Positions 12,628 through 27,414 of a stretch of DNA of 64,000 nt are shown here, one piece after another (position 1 is the stretch's first letter; every line of letters begins with the position of its first letter). A program made the position numbers and the translations under genes. The notes under the pieces are model-generated. The model was not told where the DNA came from, searched no databases, and saw nothing but the letters and a program-made list of their open reading frames with translations. Source of the DNA: Geosiphon pyriformis uo1 (lineage: Eukaryota; Fungi; Glomeromycota); NCBI GenBank assembly GCA_016748015.1, contig JAAOMT010000672.1:13428-77427 (forward strand). Direction: 5' to 3'.

Positions 12628-15600
12628 TATTACTTATAGAAATAAAAATTATAATAAGTAAAAAAATAGCCAATAAGAAAAAAATATAGTAAAAAGAAAA
12701 ATTCCAGAATTTTAAGATTTTTTTGAAGAAATTACAGAATTCTAAAATTCTAAAATTCCAGAATTTTTAACAAAAAAAATTGAAAAATTTCAAGAAATCT
12801 TGTATAATACAAATTTTTTATATAGCAAAAATATTAGAAACAAAAAAAGTAGTTAAAATTTATAAAACAATAGTTAGCAATAAATAATTATCCAATACTT
12901 CTCTCTTTAAAAAATAGTTTTTTATAACTTAAAATAAAATTATACTTATATTAATAAAATATTTATTATTACTCAAACTCATATTCTTATTACTTAATTA
13001 AAAAATATTAATTAATTTTACACTATTAACAATTTATGTTAATAAAATCTAATATTTAATTACACTAGACTAATAGCTTTTAATTATGGCTATTAATGGA
13101 ATATTAATTTTTTATTTCTTTTCTTATTTTTTTTTATTTTTTTTTATTTTATTTTATTTTATTTTGTTTTGTTTTCTTTGTTGTTTACTAATTGATTAAA
13201 AAAATTAAACACTAAATAATTAACATCAAGGATAACCTAGTAAAAAATTCATAAAACAAGAATAGAAAACTTAAGAATAGCTTATCAGAAAAACATAATT
13301 ACCAAAATAAACTGGCTATTATACTGAAAAAAAAAATCATGAAAAAAAACCCTTAATTGAATTTCTGTCTATTATACAAAAAACTCAACCAAAAATCTTT
13401 AAACTCCAAAATTTTTAGAAATTACTATTATTTACAACTATTAAGTACCAAATTATGAGTTTGTTATTTGTTTCACATCTCAAATAATTATTTGTAATAT
13501 TTGGTGCTTCTTGTAAGATATAATCTAACAGAGAATCAGCATTAATATTAATTATTTAAAAAAGTGGCAGAATTAAAAGTAATAGGAAAAAACCATTTAG
13601 AATTTATAAAATTCTTATTTCAATATTATCAAACTTATCTGAAACTAACAAATAATTATTGGTCAGCAGAATCAATCTTCAATTTTTACATAAACAAAAA
13701 AATTATATACTATTTAAAAAGCCAAAGAGATCCAAAAACCACTATCAAAAATTTCTATAGTAAGTTGTTATAACATACCAGTTTTTTACAAAATTATAAT
13801 TTTATTTCAATAATTACAGAAATAAATTGCAAGATCAAAAATTATATCAAACAAAGATTTCTTATTATTTTTGCTAATAAAGAAAAAGAGAAACTACAAA
13901 CTCTAACAGAAATTTTAAAGAAAATATAATTATCTATTTAAAAAAAACAAGAGTCATTTTATTCATCAATTTATCATATTATTATATGTCCAGAAGCACT
14001 ATTTAGATAACATTAACAGCTGTACTTATATTAAAAACACTATTATCTAGAGTATTATTCCAAAATAACCAAAATTATTAAGAATTTATAGCAATTTCTT
14101 TAAAGAATTTAGATTATAACTAATAATACAATCAGAACTTTAATTACTATTATCTTAACCAAATTTTGAATCTATTAGTAATTAAGCAGACACTAATTCA
14201 GAAAAAAAAAAAACAGTAATTAGAAAAAATATAGTTAAAACCTGATTCCAATTAGTTCAAAAGTCCAAACTCCAATTGTTTAAATTCAGCAAAACCTAAA
14301 CAATCTAAACTCTGCTTTTATTTTTCCACAAAACTTATTTTTAGTTATTCCAATTAATCAATTATCAGTAATACTAATCACTGTTTACCAATAACAACAA
14401 CAATAACAACAATTTGCACAAATAGCATATACACTAATTGCCAAACTTAAAAAATTCACCAGTAAAGAAAACAATATTCAAGTATGGCTTAATAATATGA
14501 AAAAAGCCATTGTAGCCAATAAATGAGATAATACTAAAGCATTTTAAGTCATTTTATACTTTTTTTAGAATACTGTCAACTTGTAATATCAAAACTTAAT
14601 CAATAAACTACAAACTTTCAACAAGTTTAAAACTGGGTTTTTATAATATTTCAGTAATTATAACAGTATTAATCAGTTATTAACTGGATTTATTATCATT
14701 AAACAAAACAATATTAAAACAATCACTATGTATTTGAGACATTTTCATCAAAATCTGTGCCAAATTCAAGCAATTGAAGCTGATTACTTTATAGTATTAC
14801 AGATTTTAAATTAATTCATTTGTAGATTATACAGCAGTTTATTACAATAAGTATGCCTATTGTATCCAAACACACTCCAAAACACAATTATTCATGTTAG
14901 AAATTTTGAATTGGCCAAATTTAAAGTTAATCACATCTAAACTGTAAACTTAAGTATAAATAAATTATTTAAATTAGATTTTAAGTTAAAACAATTTAGT
15001 AATTTGATTAACCAAAAATTAGAGAAATACTCAGTTAACAATCAAACAATTTATTAGTCTTTTTAATATCATAACAATTCAAAAAACTCCAATTGCTTTT
15101 ACAATTAATTGTGTCTATTATTATTATTAGCAAATCAATTATGGCAATAAAAAATGTGTAATTGCTACTACTATAATAAACAAAGTTATTTAAAAACAGA
15201 TTATTGCTTCAAGTTTAATAACTCATAATTGGAAAACCAATATAAAAATCTTAATTGCAGATTTCAAATCCAAAACTACATCAATTATTCATTATTAGAA
15301 CAATATTAATCACATTATGTTCTAATAATACAGCAATCAATATATTCATCTCTTGTTTATTAGACTTTAGTATTAGTAATATATTAACCACAACCACAAG
15401 TAATTTATCAGTCTTAACCAATTCAAATACTGTCCCAAAATACTGTACCAATATCAACTAAAAATTTAAGACTGAGAATTACTTACATCTAACAAAATTA
15501 GTAATTGGTAATAGTAATGTATTAACCAATTTCTAGTTTATTAAACCAGCTATTAAGATTATGTTAACAGAATTTAAGAAGTAAGTATACTCAAAACCTG

Positions 15601-17279
15601 AATTTTTAGAGCTATTTAAGTTTTTTGGTTATTTCAGAAAACACTTAATCCAACAACTCAAAATTATTAATACAACTACTTATTAACAACATTCTACTAA
15701 CAATTATTATTGAAAATAAATCACTTGTAACCATATTTTTTTTTAAATTGGAAGAATTAATAACAACATTTTTATTTAATAAAGTTATTCTAAACACTAA
15801 ATTTATTACTGTCATGTACATATATGCTAAAATCAATGATTAATTTATTAAGTTTATTCTTAATAGCAGATCAATAGACATCATTATTACCAAACAACTT
15901 ATAAACCAATTAGGCCACTAAGTTGATTAAGCTGTTAGTGCTAGAATCATTATAGCTAATAAAATAACTAAAACTTTTATTGAAAAAATTGATAATTTTT
16001 CTTTTGAAGTCAATAGTATTATTACACTTATCAAAGTTTTTGTCATAAAAGCCACATAATATCAGGCTTTTATTAGTAATAATTGGTTGTTCAAGACTAA
16101 TATTATGCTTAACTAGAATACTTAAAAACTACAGCTTAGTTAAGATAATTAACATATTTAAATACTAGCTACTTGTAATCACTTCAAAACAACTTAATTA
16201 CAGTTACTGATAAAACTCGAGAAAAAAATAAACAAACCTATCTAAGAAGTTTATTAAGTCTTATAAACTAAAGACAAGCACAATAAATTACTATCAATAT
16301 TTTTTTGGAACAACAAAAAAAAAACAAACAAATCTTAAGTCACTGTTATTAAAAATACAGTCAGCAATTAGCATAGACTATACTTGACTCCAAAACCAAG
16401 AAACAATTATTTTATATTTCACTCAAATATAAGAACTACAGAAAAAAGCTTTTATTCATAAAAGTTTGGATTTTGTCAGAAAAAAATTATAAAACATGTA
16501 TTTGCTATTATTATAAAACATGTTATTAAAAATGTTTTAATTATCTTAAACAACAAAAAAAATAAAACAATAAATCATGTTTTATTTGTAGAAAAACACT
16601 ATTTAATAAAAAAATGTAAAATAACATTCCTGATTATAGAAAAATATGTGATACATTATGTTAATACACAATTCTTATTAGTGACTAAGTAAACAAAAAA
16701 ACACTTTTTAACATCATGTAAAACAGAATTCTCTTATATTTAAATAGTTATTCACATAATAAGAACAAAATCTGGTGAATAACAAGTATCAAAATCAAAA
16801 ATGTTTTGTTCAATAAGATACTTACAATTAAAACAATTTATTAAAACTCATTAAAACTGTTTTTATATCCAATTAAAATATTTTTATTAACATTCTAAGC
16901 AATCCAAAACAATTTTACAAACACTATCAAGATTTAACATCTACTAGAAAAGAGTAAGAGCAGTATTTAAAACAATTAAATACTAAATTTTATAAACATT
17001 ATTTAATTTCCAATAATTTTGAATATTATGATGATTGTAACCTTATTTACAATCCACTATTACATATAATTTATTTAATTTCTGAAGAAAAAAAACCAAT
17101 TAACAGTTGCATTTTAAAATCAAAATCAAAATTTAATCTTAATTCAAATTTTAATAATAATAATAATAACAGTTCTAATACTATTTTCAATAACAACCAC
17201 AATAACAATAAATTAAATCTCAATTACAATTCCAAACAATATATTATGCTTTTAAATCTTTAAAAAAGCAAGAACTTAA

Positions 17280-17700
17280 ATGATTCAGTAATAATAATAA
17301 AAGTATTATGTTAGAATATGTGCATAATACTAATATAGAATTTAATTTCAAATACTCAAAAAAAATTACTATTAGATTAAAACCTCATTTACATATTAAT
17401 ATAAATTTAAAAATAGCACTAGAAATTTTAACAACAATAATCCAATTAGTGTTTTAATTTAGTTTAACAAAAAAAAATTAATATCAAAAGAAGAATAATT
17501 AATATAGAATATATAGAAAATATTATTACAATACTACAAAACAAATTAGAAAAAACATATACAATTGAACCAAATAAAAAAATAGCATAAACAATATTTC
17601 TATTTTTAATAAAAATAACTCAGTTAGTATTAGTAGAAATAAAAAAAGAATTAGAAATCACAGTAAAAGAGATAAATAAATTCAAATTCATGAATAGAAT
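17280..17700 (+). pseudogene. dut: Decayed dUTPase domain of family B
   Basis: Residual INLKIALEI, NIITILQN, IEPNKKIA.TIFL, ELEITVK, colinear with the A dUTPase. Confidence 0.7.
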
Positions 17701-18427
17701 AGAAATACCAGTTAATATGACCAAAAAAAAACTAATTGATCAAAAAGAAATTATCTCCACCAATTAATTAATTTCTATTTTAATATATGACCAACATATA
17801 TTAACTATAGAAAGAAAAATAAAAAATCAACTCCAAATTTTTGAAGTTATATCTACTATTTGTAAATCAGAAAAAATTGTTATTACTAATTTTTACATAC
17901 TAGCAAAAACTCACAAATACATTAAAATTCCAATATACAACACAATTAAAAATTCAATAAAAATACCAAACAAAATTATTATTAAATACTTAAGTATTAA
18001 AATTGAGAAGCAAACACCAATTATCATTTCAAATTTTTTACAACTGTGTAAATATGTAAATATTACATCACAAATCATTTACAAATAAAAAGAATGTTAT
18101 TTACTACAACCAAAACAGTTGAACCAAAAAAACTTGGAAAACTTAAATTTACTTTAACATATATAACTCAAACTGCTACTTAATATTTTTATTAATATTT
18201 TTGCAAATGAAAATGAATTTAACAGAATTAATATTATTCAGCATTAGATCAAAGCTGAAAATGTAATGCCAATTAAACAACAACTATACTGAGTATTACC
18301 TGTTAGCCATAAAATTATTTGTCAAAAAATCAATATGTTGAACAATAAATTAATTCAATTATTAATAAGTTTATAATTATTATCAGTAATATTTATCTAA
18401 AAAAACAAAAAATCCATTTTTGCATAA

Positions 18428-19297
18428 TGTTACAGGTAATTATTTGGGGTCTGAAAACAAATAACAAACCCATAACTTAGTGTTCAATATCTTAATAATA
18501 TTGGTAATATTTAAAGATTTTGGTTAAGTCTTTTATATAATAGACAAAGATTCAATGGTTGTGTCAATAGCCTTCCAAAATAATTATTCTATCAAATTTT
18601 TTTTTAGTATGGTGGCTGGTTTATTTTGGCAATTGTGCTCTTCTGATAAGCTATCTTTAAATTTCTAAATTCTATACTCTTATTTCTAGGTCTTTTACCA
18701 GACTATTTTTAACATCAAATTACTCAATACTTAATTCCTTTAATTAGTTAGTAAATTAACAAAACAAAAAAAAAGAAAAAAAAAAAGAAAAAATTAGTAT
18801 TTTGTTAATAGTTATAATCAAGAACTATTGTTCTAGTATAGTTAAGTATTGGATATTATCAATATAAAGTGTTAATAACAGATGAGTGATGAAAATTTTC
18901 AATCAAATAATAATAACATAGATTAAATAATAATAAGTATGTTTATTAAATATTTTTGAAAATTCACTTTGGTTGATAGTAACTATTCATAAAATAAAAT
19001 TTTAATTAATAAATAAGAAAAGGAATGCTAAATTAAATACTTTTCTTGCTTTTAATACTACTGCTATATATATATAGTTAGTATTATATGAAATTTTTGG
19101 AATTTTGCAATTCTTTTAGTAGAATTCTAGAATTTTGGAATTCTAGAATCCTGCAATTCTAAGTAAAGAATTCTGGTATTTTGGGATTCTGGAATCTTGC
19201 AATTTCTTTAGAAAAATTCTGGAATTTTTTTGTTACTACACTTACTTCTGATTAGCTATTTCTTTAATTATAATACTTTTAATTTCTATGAGTAACA
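18428..19297 (-). repeat. Solo LTR family B inserted in RT of B
   Basis: TGTTACAG...GAGTAACA; TSD ATAA/ATAA; removal restores FCINYRKLN. Confidence 0.92.
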
Positions 19298-21306
19298 ATA
19301 AATTACAGAAAACTTAACAATATTATTTATAGAGACAGTTATTTAACTCTACAAATCTAAAAACTATTTAATGTTTTTAAAGAAAAAAATAGTTCTTTAT
19401 ATTAGACTTATACAGTAATTACTAACAAGTAGACATAAATTTTGCTGACAAAAAAAAGACAGCATTTATTACCAAAGAAAAAAATTTTGAATTTGATGTT
19501 ATGTTTTTTGGCTTAATTAATGTCTCAACTATCTTTTAATAGCTAATAGAAATTGTTTATATTGAATTGTTATAAAAATCAGTAGTAATCTACTTGAATA
19601 ACACTAATATATTCTTTAAGACATTTGATAACCATTTTTATTATCTTTAACAAGTGTTTAAAAGATTAAAAAAAATCAGATTAAAATTAAATGCTATTAA
19701 ATACTTTTTTGGAAAAACAGAACTTAAGTTTTTAGAATATATTAAAAGCAAAAATTAAAACAGACCTAAATAAAATTGAAATAGTTAAGAACTTTTTAGT
19801 ATTAATAAACTTGACAGAACTAAAAACATTTTTGGAATTTGCTAAATACTATTGCTGCTTCATCTAAAACTTTTCAAAACTGGCTCAACTATTTTATCAG
19901 CTTCAAGCAAAGAATATTAAATATAAATAAACTGAAAATCAACAAAAAACTTTTGACAAATTAAAAAAAAACTCATTTAAGCTTTAGTATTAATCTATTT
20001 AAATCACAGCAAACCATTTATTGTTACTATTAATATATTAAAATAAGTATTAAAAACTGTACTATTACAAAAAAAGCTAATAGATAAGAACATCTAGTGA
20101 TATATGTTAATTGAAATTTAAGTTCAGCTGAAAAAAACTATAGAACTTTAGTATTAAAACATTTAGCTATCTATTAGGCTGTTATAAAATAGAAAAAATA
20201 CTTGGGCCAAAAATTTAATGTGTACACTAATCTCAAAGAATTAACATTAATTTAGAAGCAAAAATTTGGAAACAATTATTATACAAGATAAAAAATAAAA
20301 ATATTACTATTTAATTATATTGTATATTATAAAAAAAAAAGAAAATGGAAATGCTAATAAGTTGTCATGAATAAAACAAATCTAAAAAAAAAACATTTCA
20401 ATCCAAAAATATAACAAAAAATAAACACCCAAAAATATTAACAATTTTAATATTATATTAATACTTAATAGTTAAAAGAGAAATTATCTTAAAAAAAACA
20501 AAACCACATAAAACAACAATCAAAATATTTTATTATTTACCAAAATATACTATATTAAAAAAACAAAAAAGAGTTAGACCAGCCACTTAGAATAATTATA
20601 AAACCAAAAAAAAAAATAATACTGTTCAATATCTATTCAAATTCAATTACAGAATATTTTTATAAAGAAACAACCATAAAAAAAACCAAAAAAAATACTA
20701 TTGATTATTAATATATCCAGACATTATTCAATATGTTTAAAATTGTAATGTTTATTAAAAAAAAGGAAAAACAAAACTCAGTAAGTTACTAAAACCAATT
20801 AAAGTGAAACAATTATTTGATTAAATTGGAATTAACTTAGTTAAATCACTAACTATAATCAACAAAAACAATTAATATATAACAGTAGTTATAAATTATC
20901 TTATAAAGTGGCCAGAAACTAAAGCAATTTAAAGAACAGATACAGAATTCATAACCAAATTTGTATATTAAGATTTGATTTATCAACATGAATGCCCAAA
21001 AAAATTGTTATTAGATCAAAAAACTCACTTTATAAACAGAATATTAACAAATTTAAGTCAAAAATTTAGAATTAAAAGGCTATTATTATTATTATATTAC
21101 TCATAAACAAATGGCTTAATTAAAAATTTCGATAAAACATTGTGTAAAACAATAGCCAAGATTAGTCAAGAAAATCAGAACAAATAAGATTTGTTTATAT
21201 CATCAATATTATTTGTTTATTAGACAATAAAACAAGATATTATACAAGCAATATCATTTAAATTAGTCTATAATAGAACAATAATATTACTAGTTGAAAT
21301 AAATAT

Positions 21307-21959
21307 TGTTATGGATTGGAGTAATAAGCTAATAAATAGCAAGGAAGAACAAAATTGTAAGATAATAAAAGGAATCAAAGAGAATTCAACTTTAAAAAAC
21401 GAATTAAATAAGTATAGATTCAATATGTAAGATTAGTCTCATAAAATATCTTAGTCATTATACTTTTTAAAAAATAACTGAGAATCTGAAAATAGAGGAA
21501 TAGTCTGTACTGTCAACAAATGATCACACACTGATATAATTCTATGCCTTATGTCAGCACTCTTAAAATTCAATATCAGGTATCAGATATATTTTTCAGT
21601 TATGTTTTATTCAATAATCTTTAAATATTACAATTATATAAGTTAGAAAAAGGGTAGATAAATGCCAATAAGTAATCTTTTATTTCAAAATATTCAGATA
21701 CTTAAAGGTAAGGAAAAAAAAATTAGCAAGAAGAGAAGAATTAAGATGAAATTGTTATTTTATTTCTTTTTTTTCTTTGATTTTTACATGCTTTTTTATA
21801 GCTAAGAGATTTATTGCTTATATAGTTATTAAAAATAGTCAATGATTAGGTCAATAATTAGGTTAATAATCACTATCTAAAAATAGAATGGCTAATTATA
21901 GGATATTAATGACTAATACATGTAATAACTAATAAAAAGTATGAGTTTCAACCATAATA
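21307..21959. repeat. Solo LTR of a third family (C)
   Basis: TGTTATGG...CCATAA(C>T)A termini; TSD ATAT/ATAT; removal restores integrase VEININTY. Confidence 0.85.
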
Positions 21960-22069
21960 ATATTAATACATATTCAATAAAACCAATAACAAAAGCCAAC
22001 TTTTAAGAAATATTGCTAAAAAAACATATGACTTAATAAAAATTCTAGAAAACAAAAAGTAAAGAGCAG

Positions 22070-22982
22070 TATTATAAATGATTATTTAGAATATAAAAAC
22101 AAATAACAAATTCATAACTTGGTGCTCAATAGTTTGATGAAATTGGTAAATTTAAAGGTTTTTGTAATCTGAAGGTTTTGTAATCTGAAGGTTTTGATTA
22201 AGTCTTTTATATAATAGACAAAGATGCAATAGTAATATTTTTTGGTAATGTTTCTGGTTTCTTCTTCAATCCTCAAGTTAATATGCTGTAGTGTTCATAG
22301 CCTTCTGAAAAATTCTTCTGTCAATTTTTTTCTCAGCTTGATAGCCAGTTTCCTGGTAAGCTATTTTCAAATTCTAAGTATTTATTCTTATTTCTGGATT
22401 TTTTACCAGTCTTTTTGATGTCAATAATTTTGCATGTTTAATTTTTCAATCAATTAGTAAACAATACAACAAAAAAATAAAATAAAAAAATAAAAAAAAA
22501 CAAAAAAAAAACAAAAAATTAGTATTCCATCAATAGCCATAATTAAGAGCTATTAATCTAAAGTAGTTAAGTATTAGATTTTATTAACATAAAGTGTTAA
22601 TAGTGGTAAAAGTAATTAATATTTTTAATTAAGTAATAATAATATAAATTTAATAATAATAAATAATTTTATTAATAGAGGAATGATTTTACTTCAAGTT
22701 ATAAAAAACTATTTTTTAAAGGAAAAATATTGTTTTAAATTAATAAAACTCTATTAGATTCTTTAAAAATTGCTTTTTCTGTTTTTAACACTCTTACTAT
22801 ATATATATAATTTATATTATATAAAATTTCTGGAATCTTGCAATTTTTCAGAGAAATCCTGAAATTCTGGAATTTTGAAATCTTGTAATTCTTTTAGAAG
22901 AATCTTGGAATTCCTCTATTATTACACCTATTTCTAATTGGCTATTTTTTTAACTATAATACTCCAATTTCTATGAGTAACA
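22070..22982 (-). repeat. Solo LTR family B inserted in integrase of B
   Basis: Homologous to 18428-19297; TSD GCAG/ACAG. Confidence 0.88.
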
Positions 22983-24753
22983 ACAGTTAATAACATGTAA
23001 AAATCATAAAAAAAACAAAAAAAATAACATGATAATCAGTTATTAAATAAACCAGCTAAATTCAAAATTGAAAACAAAGTATTCTTATATTATACCAAAG
23101 CAGAAAAACAATGGAATAAAAAATTTGATTCCAAATGAATAGTCTATTTTATATTAAAGAAATTTTGGAAAATAGAACATATAAATTAAGATAAAACAAC
23201 AAAATTTTAGTTAAAGCAACATATGATAATTAACTAAAACTATATTACAATATAGCTTTATTATTTACCAATAATATTCTATAACTAAAAGTACAATAAA
23301 TATTAGTCCAACCAAATAAGATTTCACAAGATCTAAAACCAATCATAATTATTAACACAAACATATCAAATTAATTTATCAAAACAATATATAAAAAACT
23401 AACACATGTAATAAAAGCAATAAAAGATAAAAATTACAAACAATATTCATTTTTTAGCCCAATAATTATTCCAATTCATTAGACATCAAAAACTAAACAT
23501 AGAAATTACAATTAATCAACAAATTATACAATATAAAGACACAAAAAAAACCAAAACTCTAATACAAAATACAATAAAAAGTATATATAAAACCTAAAAA
23601 CATAGTAAATAATATAATAGCAAAAATAAAAATGTCATTAAAAACACTAAAAACAATAGCTTTATATAAAAAGTTAATAGAAAAAAATTGAAAATAATGA
23701 ACACAACAATTTCTTAAAAACTTTTGCTATTACTACTTGAAACAAAAACTTAATATTCAGAACTTGTATATAGATAAAACAAGATAAATGTTTAACATAA
23801 TAATATTATAGCAAATAAAACAATTTGTAAAAAAAAACAATCTATCTATACAAATATAAACAATATATTAGTTACAAGCAAAATTCTATGAACATTCAGA
23901 AATATTACTACACTCAACAATAAATACAGTAATTATTAATCAATTAAAAAAATTATTAATGCTTAATTTAAAAAATTACAGACCAAAATTGCTCAAATAA
24001 TTTAAAAAAAAATGTAATGGAATTAATTCAAGAAAAAATTTAGAAAAGCTAAAAGATTTGAAAGATCTTAATAGAACTTAATATTAAAAAAAAAGAATAA
24101 TATTACTTATAAAAATAGGAATTATAATAAGTAGAAAAATAGTCAATAAGAAAAAAGCATAATAAAAAAAAATTCCAGAATTTTTTTTAAGGAATTATAG
24201 GATTCCAAAATTCCAAAATTCTTAATAAAAAGAATTAAAAAATTTCAAAAAATCTTATATAATACGAATTATATATAGCAAAAATATTAAAAACAGAAAA
24301 AATGGTTAAGATTTGTTAAACAATAGCTAATAATAAGTAATTATCCAATATTTTTTCTTTTAAAAAATAGTTTTCTATAACTTAAAATAGAATTATACTC
24401 ATATTAATAAAAATATTTTTTTTTGCTTTGTTTTTTTGTTGTTTATTAATTAATTAAGAGATTAAGTACTAAGTAATTAATATTAAGAATAGTCTGATAA
24501 AAATCTGTAAAACAAGAATAGAAAACTTAAGAATAGCTTATTAAAAGAATACAACTGCCAGAATAAACTAGTCACTATGCTAAAAAAAAATTCATAAAAA
24601 AAACTCTTAATTAAATCTCTGTTTATTATACAAAAAACTTAATCAAAAATTTTTAAATTCTAAAACCTTTAGAAATTATCATCATCTACAACTATTAAAC
24701 ACTAAATTATGAATTTGTTATTTGTTTTATACTTCAAATAATTACTTATAACA

Positions 24754-25115
24754 ATGTTATTATTCTGAGTTGTGGAAATTTGAGTCTAAATACAAAGCAG
24801 ATATAAAAAAATGTGATTTAATTAATAATTCTAAGATAATATCTGGTGGATTTTATACTATAGAATTAGATTTATTAGATGAAGCAATCAGATTAATTAG
24901 TATTAATAAGTTATTTGGAATTAGCTTTGGTTTTTATAAGTTTTATTTGTTTTTTGGATCTGGGTAGTAAGATTATAATTTATATAAAAGTATAGTATTG
25001 CCTTGATTGATTATATGTAATAAAAGCATGAGTTATATTTAGCTAGAGTTTTTAGTTTTGATTCTGTATATTAGATAATAATTGAATTGTACTTGTAAAA
25101 TGTTAATAAAAAAAA
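24754..25115 (+). mobile_element. 3' end of the decayed LINE begun at 8438
   Basis: C-terminal ORF2 remnant (FGISFGFYKFYLFFGSG), LINE-type 3' UTR and A tail. Confidence 0.75.
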
Positions 25116-25743
25116 TTATTATTATTATTATTAAAGCATTTTAAAGTTATTTTGCTTAAAAAGTTTAATATAAAGCTATATATATTGTATATAAATTACT
25201 TTCTATATTTTTTTATTTTAGCTTTTTAGTTTTAGTTTTATTAAAAACATTATAAATTAAATTTACATAAATTTGAAAATTAAATTGAAATATATAATAT
25301 ATATATAATTCAAACATAATATATTTTTTACAATTAGTATTAAAGTGGTTTTTTTATTACAAATATTAATAAATAATAATAAATAAAATAACAAATTTCT
25401 TACTAATGAATATATTTTGTAAAATTTTAATACAAAATTTATAATATGTATTTTTATATTTATGTATTTTTTTAATTTAGTATTAGTTCAATAAAAATAA
25501 CAATAATAAACTTATACATTTATTAAACATTTTGTTATATGTTTAGTATTATAATTATTTATATATATATTTTCCAATAATAATAATAAAAATTTCATCA
25601 AATTATCTTTTGCTCAACTGATTTTTTTTGGGTTCTTGATGCTTTGGATGTTTGAATATGTTGATGCGGCAGAAGATATAGAAGATAGAAATATTAAAAT
25701 AAACAATTATTTTTTAAAAAAGGAAAAAAAAGACTTTTGCCAA

Positions 25744-25789
25744 ACACGCGTGTCGTAACATCTCAAACACCAAGCCACCTATGACGTCA
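25744..25789. promoter_or_regulatory. Putative promoter motifs: palindrome ACACGCGTGT (MCB-like ACGCGT) and CRE TGACGTCA
   Basis: Perfect motifs 70-115 nt upstream of the carrier ATG; function not shown. Confidence 0.35.
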
Positions 25790-25859
25790 ATGAACAATCT
25801 AATTACCTAATCCATATCATTAATTTTTTGCTATCACAAAAAACGTTTCATACTCGCAA

Positions 25860-27380
25860 ATGTCAGATACAACTGCGACATTAGTAGCAACTGATGTCGT
25901 CCCTACCTCTATCCCAACAAAAGCGACTTCCAAAGAAGCTGGATTTTTAAGAGCTGTCAAAGATTGTGCCAGTGGGACCGTTGGGGGCGTGGTGCAAGTG
26001 TTGGTTGGACAGGTATTTTTGGATTTACACAAATATTTAAAGTTTGTGAACTAGAATTAATATTCTCTTAGCCTTTTGATACCGTAAAAGTGGTAAGTTT
26101 TCAAGACTCATCAAATTATTATTCCAATACCTAGTCTCTTATATTGAGCGATCAATTTTCTTATCATTTTAGCGTCTCCAGACTCAACCAATCCCTGCAG
26201 CAGGGGAACAACCGCGGTATACTGGTCTGTTAGATTGCATACGTAAAACGCGACAACAAGAAGGATTCCGAGCTTTTTATAAGGTCTTATAGTTTATTTT
26301 TAGTTTTCAACCTTTTCAATCCATTCTTCTAGCCTTATAATTACACTAATATTTCATCAGATCGATGCTATACAAATTGTATAATTTGATATATAGGGTA
26401 CTACAACCCCGTTAATCGGTATCGGCGCGTGTGTATCTATTCAATTTGTGGTCTTGGAGCACCTGAAACGTATATTTGCTGAACATAATTCGAGAGGAGC
26501 TGTCAATGGTCTACCATTACTATTCTCAAACTCACAATTGTACCTTTCAGGCGCAATGGCAGGTATTGCGAATTCGTTAGTCTCTGGTAATTATTTTTTT
26601 ATTAATTTTTGCATAGATTCCAATTCCTGCTATATATTTAAATTTAATCAGGAAATTACCCATGTTGAACGCACGTTAGGTCCCGTCGAGCATATTCGTA
26701 CCCGTAAGTTTTGTTATAATCATCTTTTAATTTATTTTTTCAACAGATTAAATAATGTGAACCATATCGATAGGGTTGCAGGTTCAGCTCAAACAACCCG
26801 CCCACCTACAAACTTCAGCACCCGGATTGCCCTTTTTTAAAGGCCCAATCCACTGTTTCAAATATTTATACAAGCATTATGGGATACGTGGGATATATAA
26901 AGGTCAAGCTATTACAATGACACGAGAATTCCATGGTTACGGTATATATTTCTTGATGTATGAATATTTGATGCAGAGGGAAATAGTCAAGGAAGGTAAA
27001 ACAAGAAGTGAATTGGCTGGGTGGAAACCGTGTCTTTTTGGTGCCGCAGCAGGTATTTTGAAAATTCTAATTTTAAATGATTGGCTTCAATTTATTGCGA
27101 CAAAATATGATGATGTTCACAAATTGATCATGTAGGATATGCAATGTGGATAAGCATTTATCCAATTGACGTGATTAAAAGCAAACTACAAACTGATCAT
27201 TTGAAGACCGAATATCAACAATACAAAAATGCATTTGATTGTGCAAAAAAGATATGTGTCAGTGAAGGTGTTTTAGGATTTTTTCGCGGTTTTGGAGCTT
27301 GTATGTGGCGGGCTGGTCCAGTCAACGCAGCTACTTTTATTGCTTTTGAGCTTTCCATGAGAGTCCTTGACAAGCTTTAA
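25860..27380 (+). CDS. Mitochondrial carrier (SLC25), YMC1/YMC2-like; about 7 exons
   Basis: Three carrier signatures PFDTVKVRLQ, PVEHIRTRLQ, PIDVIKSKLQ; GTTTPLIGIGACVSIQF; GT-AG introns (e.g. 26013-26071, 26093-26172). Confidence 0.93.
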
Positions 27381-27414
27381 AGTTGTTATAATTTCCTCTA
27401 ACGAATTATCATCA

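Larger units (their letters stand above)
12628..24753 (+). mobile_element. Full-length, heavily decayed Ty3/Gypsy family B element carrying three solo-LTR insertions
   Basis: 5' LTR 12628-13499, PBS TGGTGCTTC ~13502, gag, protease ~15850, Cys-rich ~16400-17050, dUTPase ~17280-17700, RT, RH, IN, ORF3 ~23470-24080, 3' LTR 24101-24753; host LINE resumes at 24754. Confidence 0.85.

Noticed and set aside
12624-24757. Clean TSD for the full-length B element
   Set aside because: Flanks ACAA and ATGT do not match fully even allowing for transitions; boundaries rest on LTR homology and host continuity
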